Positions 59,557 through 64,000 of a DNA stretch of 64,000 bases are shown piece by piece. The notes beneath the pieces are model-generated. The model searched no databases and was not told the origin of the DNA. It saw nothing but the letters and a program-made list of their open reading frames with translations. Position numbers and translations under genes: made by a program. Position 1 is the first letter of the stretch, and the number at the start of each line of letters is the position of its first letter. The stretch is from the NCBI GenBank assembly GCA_965261735.1, contig OZ253470.1, positions 64,001 through 128,000 of the forward strand, read 5' to 3'. The stretch is from Alphaproteobacteria bacterium (GTDB taxonomy: Bacteria; Pseudomonadota; Alphaproteobacteria; SHVV01).

Positions 59557-60653
59557 CGCCGCCCAATCGCCCGATGGAGCACGCCGCCGCGATGCGGCCG
59601 CGGTACGCCGGTGGTCGAGGGCAGGCTAATCGGCAGGCCGCGAACGGATCGCACGGCTAGGAAGGCGAACGCCTCCGCCTCGAGCGCATCGCCGCGCCAC
59701 GCGACCGTCTCGACCGGCTCCACCGCCGCGTTCAGGCGCTCCGCGAGCGCCGCCATGAGCGCCGGATTGTGGCGCCCACCGCCGGCCACCAGCCAGCGTC
59801 CAACGGGCGCCGGGAAATGGCGTTGCGCGGCGGCTACCGCCGCGGCGGTGAAGGTTGTGAGCGTCGCGGCGCCGTCAGCCGCGCTGAGGCCCTCGACCGC
59901 GGCTGCCGCAAAACTGCCGCGGTCGAGCGATTTTGGCGGAAGCAGCGCGAAATAGGGGTGGTCGAGCAGCGCTCCCAGGCGCTCGAGGTTCGCCCGCCCG
60001 CTCAACGCGAGGGCGCCCCCGCGGTCAAGTGGCTCACCGCCGTGGCGTGTGCACCAATCGTCGATGAGGGCGTTGCCGGGGCCCGTGTCGAAGGCGATAG
60101 GCGGGCCTTCCGCCCCGATCCAGGTGACGTTCGCCACCCCACCTACGTTGAGTACCGCGACGGGTCGCTCGAGCCCGGCGGTCAGGCATTGGTGGTAGAG
60201 CGGCGCCAGCGGCGCGCCCTGCCCGCCCGCGGTTACGTCGGCGGAGCGAAAATCGCAGACTACATCGGTGCTCGTCAGTTCGGCGAGGAGCGCGCCGTCG
60301 CCAATCTGGCAGGTCGCGCGCGCGGCTGGGTCATGAAACATTGTGTGCCCGTGAAATCCGATAACGTCTATTTCATCGATAGTTGCACTGTTCTCCGAAC
60401 AGATCTGTTCAACTATATCGACGTGGGCGAGCGTCAAGTCGCGCACCAACTCAGCCGAAGCCTCCGCATGGCCGAGTGCGGCTCTCAGGCGTTCGCGCAG
60501 GGGGCCAGCGTATGGCACGGTGAGCCACGGGCCGGGCTCGGCCACCGCCACCCCATCGGTGCGAAGAAGGGCGGCATCGATACCGTCCAGCGAGGTCCCG
60601 CTCATGAGGCCGAGAGCGGTGGCCGGCTCAGCCATCGAAAGATCCGTTGTCAT
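59553..60653 (-). CDS. anmK: Anhydro-N-acetylmuramic acid kinase
   Basis: [34 protein letters not shown]. Confidence 0.95.
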   Translation of the reverse strand: MTTDLSMAEPATALGLMSGTSLDGIDAALLRTDGVAVAEPGPWLTVPYAGPLRERLRAALGHAEASAELVRDLTLAHVDIVEQICSENSATIDEIDVIGFHGHTMFHDPAARATCQIGDGALLAELTSTDVVCDFRSADVTAGGQGAPLAPLYHQCLTAGLERPVAVLNVGGVANVTWIGAEGPPIAFDTGPGNALIDDWCTRHGGEPLDRGGALALSGRANLERLGALLDHPYFALLPPKSLDRGSFAAAAVEGLSAADGAATLTTFTAAAVAAAQRHFPAPVGRWLVAGGGRHNPALMAALAERLNAAVEPVETVAWRGDALEAEAFAFLAVRSVRGLPISLPSTTGVPRPHRGGVLHRAIGRR

Positions 60654-60765
60654 CGCCGGTGGAAGAGTTCGGCGCCGGCGCGGCTACGTTGTCGCGACTC
60701 CGCAAATGTGCTACAGCACCGCACCGCGCGCCGCCCCAGCGGGGCCGCCCCGTATCAGACCGACC

Positions 60766-62019
60766 ATGACACGCTACACGTCCGAGTTTTTGCGCGTGCT
60801 CGACGAGCGCGGCTTCGTGCATCAGGTCACGGATGCCGGTGAACTCGATGCGCGCGCGGCGACGGGGCCGATTGCGGCCTATATCGGATTCGACTGCACC
60901 GCGCCCAGCCTGCACGTCGGCAGCTTGGTCTCGATCATGCTCCTGCGTCATTTGCAGCAGGCGGGCCATCGGCCGATCGTGCTGATGGGCGGTGGTACCA
61001 CCAAGGTCGGCGACCCCTCGGGCCGGGACGATTCGCGCCAATTGCTGAGCGATGCCGACATCGCCCACAACATGAGCCGGATCCGCCACGTGTTCGCCAA
61101 GTTCCTGGCTTTCGGCGAGGGCGAGAGCGATGCCCTCATGGTCGACAACGCCGATTGGCTGGATCATCTCGAATACATCCGCTTCCTGCGGGAATACGGG
61201 CGCCACTTTTCGGTCAACCGCATGCTCGGCTTCGACAGCGTTAAGCTCCGGCTCGACCGCCAGCAGCCGCTTAGCTTCCTCGAGTTCAACTACATGATCC
61301 TGCAAGCTTACGACTTTGTCGAACTCGGGCGGCGCTACGGCTGCGTCCTGCAGATGGGCGGCTCGGATCAGTGGGGAAACATCGTCAACGGCGTCGAGCT
61401 CGGCCGTCGGGTCGACGACGCGACGCTGTACGGCCTGACGACGCCCCTGATCACGACGGCGAGTGGCGCCAAGATGGGAAAAACGGCGGCCGGCGCGGTG
61501 TGGCTCGATGCGGACCAGGTATCGCCCTACGACTACTGGCAGTACTGGCGCAACACCGACGACGCGGACGTGGGGCGCTTCCTGCGACTGTTTACCGAGC
61601 TCCCCATAGCCGAGATCGAGCCCTTGGAGAGGCTCCGTGGCGAAGAGGTGAACGAGGCCAAGAAAATCCTAGCCAACGAGGCGACGCGCCTATGCCACGG
61701 TGCCGACGCCGCCGATCAGGCGGCGGAGGCGGCGCGGGGCGCCTTCGAGGAAGGCCTTATCTCAGCCCACCTGCCGACTTTCGAAATCCCGGGCAGCGAC
61801 CTCGAGAGCGGAGTCGCCGCCTTCGACCTACTGCACCGCACTGGACTGTGCGCCTCGGCGAGCGCTGCCCGCAAGCTGATCCGCGGCGGCGGCGCACGCA
61901 TCAACGATCAGGTGATCGCCGACGAGAAGACGATGGTTACGCGCGACCACGTCACCGCGCAAGGTGTGGCGAAGGTCTCGGCCGGAAGGAAGAGGCACGT
62001 CCTCGTGCGCCCGATCTAA
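60766..62019 (+). CDS. tyrS: Tyrosine--tRNA ligase
   Basis: [31 protein letters not shown]-terminal S4 domain. Confidence 0.97.
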   Translation: MTRYTSEFLRVLDERGFVHQVTDAGELDARAATGPIAAYIGFDCTAPSLHVGSLVSIMLLRHLQQAGHRPIVLMGGGTTKVGDPSGRDDSRQLLSDADIAHNMSRIRHVFAKFLAFGEGESDALMVDNADWLDHLEYIRFLREYGRHFSVNRMLGFDSVKLRLDRQQPLSFLEFNYMILQAYDFVELGRRYGCVLQMGGSDQWGNIVNGVELGRRVDDATLYGLTTPLITTASGAKMGKTAAGAVWLDADQVSPYDYWQYWRNTDDADVGRFLRLFTELPIAEIEPLERLRGEEVNEAKKILANEATRLCHGADAADQAAEAARGAFEEGLISAHLPTFEIPGSDLESGVAAFDLLHRTGLCASASAARKLIRGGGARINDQVIADEKTMVTRDHVTAQGVAKVSAGRKRHVLVRPI

Positions 62020-62052
62020 ACTCGGCCCGCACCACCGGCACGGGGCCTGCCC

Positions 62053-64000
62053 TTATCGATCCTCGCCCGTCGACGGCTCACCCGGCGGAGCCCCCCTCCC
62101 GTCCAGAATTGAGAAAAAGCCACGCAGGAAGCCGGGCGCGAGCGCCGCCAGGGGGTTCACCGTTACCTGGGGATCACTCGCGGGGCCGTTCACCCTGTAG
62201 GTGAGCGCGAACACGCCCCCGCCCTTCTTGCCGACGAAAATGCCGCCGAGGACCGGAATGTTGCCGAGCAACGCGTTCAGCGTGTACGCCGGGACGAGCG
62301 TGCCGTCGAGGGCGATCTCGTCCCGCCTCATGTCGACGTAGCCCTGAATCGTGAGCCCGAGACGGGGCCCGAAGGCGCGTGCGCCCTCCAGGGTCAGGAC
62401 CCCCTCACCCAGGGTGAACGGGGCTTCGAGGCGCAAGAACTCGATACCCGTGCCGTTTAGCCCATCGAAGACCCCGGGGAGCGGCGCCAACGTCAAGATC
62501 TGCGCAAGGACAGGCGCGTCGACGACCACGAAGTCACCGATTCTCATGCTCCCGCTGATGCGTCGACTGGGCAGCGCATCCTCGATCTCCGCCGATAGGA
62601 CCAGCGCACCCCCACGCGCGTTCTCGTAGATGCCGAGCGCGCGCGCGAGCGCGCCCGCGTCAGCGGTGGTGAGCTTGAGCTCGCGCAACCGCGGACCCTT
62701 CTGGGTCACCGACAGCGCGAGCGGCTTGCCACCGGATCCGAACTGCCCCTCCGCCGTAACCTCGTTCCACGAAAGCCCGTCATAGGCGGCCTCACCAGTC
62801 AACGACGACAGGCGCTGACCCGGGCTGAACACCAATTCATCGAGGCGCACCGACAGGTTCAGGGGTGGGCGTTCGGAGCCGGCATCGGTGCCCATCATTT
62901 CGTCGACGTAGGGCTCCAAATTGAGCCGCCGACCATTGAGCGCCAGGACATACCCGCCGCCTGCGCGCGGTCGCACCGAAACCGACAGATCGGAGCCGGC
63001 GACGGCGAGACTGGATAGGTCGAGGCGGCGAAAAGTCCGGCCGGGCCCTAGCTCCGCCTGCCCCGAAGCCGCGAGGCCTCCGGCATCGACCGTGAACGCC
63101 TCGATGGCCAACGCGCCGTCGGGGCCCGGGATCACGGTCGCGCGAAGCGTCCCGGCGATGCCGCGCGCCTTCGACCATTTGAGCGGCGGCAGGTCGATCG
63201 CGGCCGCCGTGAGGTCGACGCGGGCGCTGACCAGGGTTTCATCGGAGGGCTGGCGGACGGCATGCAATTCAAAGCCGATGGGGCCGTTCACGTAAGGCGC
63301 GAGCACCAAGCCGAGCCGATCTTGGGCGTCCGCATCGAGGGTGCCGGTTACGACGTAAGAGGCGGGCGCTTCCGCTCCTTGGGCGAACTCCTCCCGCCAC
63401 GAGACCGCCAGCGGCACCTCGGCGACCGTGACTGTGCCGCTGGCCTCGAGCCCGCTCTGGTCAATCCGCAGACTCAACTCACCCTCGCTGAACCCGAGCC
63501 CGTCGAGCAGGCTCGGCACCGCTACTTCGGCGAGATTGGCCGCGGCCGCAAACTCGATATCGCCGGCGCTGACGGGCTTGTCGAGATCGAGGCCGAGGCG
63601 CACCCTGGCCGAGGAGAGGCCTGCAATCTCGGCCGGCGCGATGCCGAGAGCGCGGGCAAATCCTAGGGGCTCGCGGTCGAGGATGGCGAGGGCTTCGGCT
63701 ATCTCCCCACTGGCGACGAAGCTGATCGCGGCGCGGTCGGGCGCCACGCCAGGTGTCTCGATCTCAACCGCGCCTTCGGTGATGTCGAGTGCGCCGAGCC
63801 GGGCGTGCTCGAGGTGCAGCTCGAACGCCTGACCGTCGATCTTGCCGCTTCCGGCGGCCTCGCGGAGCTCGGGCAGCGGATCGAAATAGCGGGTGTCGAC
63901 GCCGCTATAGCGAAAGGTCATGGAGAAAACGTCGTCCGACCCGGATTCGGTCATCTCGCCGTCGGGGTCGAGGTCGAACGCCGCGTTGAAGTGGGCCTCA
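62053..64000 (-). CDS. YhdP/AsmA-like (DUF3971) protein, 5' end beyond window
   Basis: Frame open to the window edge; C-terminal GTLVPAYTLN..LGNIP, VNPLAALAPGFLR. Confidence 0.8.
   Translation of the reverse strand, partial: EAHFNAAFDLDPDGEMTESGSDDVFSMTFRYSGVDTRYFDPLPELREAAGSGKIDGQAFELHLEHARLGALDITEGAVEIETPGVAPDRAAISFVASGEIAEALAILDREPLGFARALGIAPAEIAGLSSARVRLGLDLDKPVSAGDIEFAAAANLAEVAVPSLLDGLGFSEGELSLRIDQSGLEASGTVTVAEVPLAVSWREEFAQGAEAPASYVVTGTLDADAQDRLGLVLAPYVNGPIGFELHAVRQPSDETLVSARVDLTAAAIDLPPLKWSKARGIAGTLRATVIPGPDGALAIEAFTVDAGGLAASGQAELGPGRTFRRLDLSSLAVAGSDLSVSVRPRAGGGYVLALNGRRLNLEPYVDEMMGTDAGSERPPLNLSVRLDELVFSPGQRLSSLTGEAAYDGLSWNEVTAEGQFGSGGKPLALSVTQKGPRLRELKLTTADAGALARALGIYENARGGALVLSAEIEDALPSRRISGSMRIGDFVVVDAPVLAQILTLAPLPGVFDGLNGTGIEFLRLEAPFTLGEGVLTLEGARAFGPRLGLTIQGYVDMRRDEIALDGTLVPAYTLNALLGNIPVLGGIFVGKKGGGVFALTYRVNGPASDPQVTVNPLAALAPGFLRGFFSILDGRGAPPGEPSTGEDR

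Noticed and set aside
1-64000. Many long antisense or alternate-frame ORFs in the track (e.g. 270-1202, 16822-18144, 18737-20110, 25236-26918, 32555-34072, 39647-40936)
   Set aside because: Shadow ORFs typical of high-GC DNA: they overlap well-supported genes, are Arg/Pro/Ala-rich and have no motifs.
1-64000. CRISPR array, rRNA or riboswitch
   Set aside because: No regularly spaced repeat-spacer series or recognisable structured-RNA consensus found by eye. A covariance-model search was not possible.

Overview
High-GC alphaproteobacterial chromosome segment (Rhodospirillales-like gene order; lineage is inference). Left 20 kb, bounded by the 3' end of tRNA-Lys(UUU), is an accessory catabolic region. 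It holds at least three tandem paralogous Rieske oxygenase alpha subunits (NagG/AndAc/TphA2-like, one junction hit by an IS630), two different single-chain triple-domain Rid (YjgF/UK114) proteins that lack the RidA catalytic Arg, two putative F420-dependent oxidoreductases and a group-D flavin monooxygenase. It also holds a 10-gene operon (SBP, atypical P450, ferredoxin, crotonase, double-hotdog dehydratase, ABC importer, ADP-forming acyl-CoA ligase, LVIVD protein). The rest is mostly core genome: tgt-queA-ppi-coaD-gyrA-ssb/uvrA, two squalene/phytoene-synthase-family genes, a PuuD-N-like membrane protein, yajC-secDF, tatABC-serS-surE-pcm-nlpD, fbpABC with Fur-like boxes, a full cysE-iscR-nifS-iscSUA-hscBA-fdx-iscX operon, anmK, tyrS and a YhdP/AsmA-like gene. 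Two inverted IS1595 copies (one carrying a nested IS3) bracket tatA-fbpABC. A decayed AT-rich HEPN-motif gene sits directly behind iscX. No CRISPR array or rRNA was seen. All calls come from motif reading only; no database searches were run.
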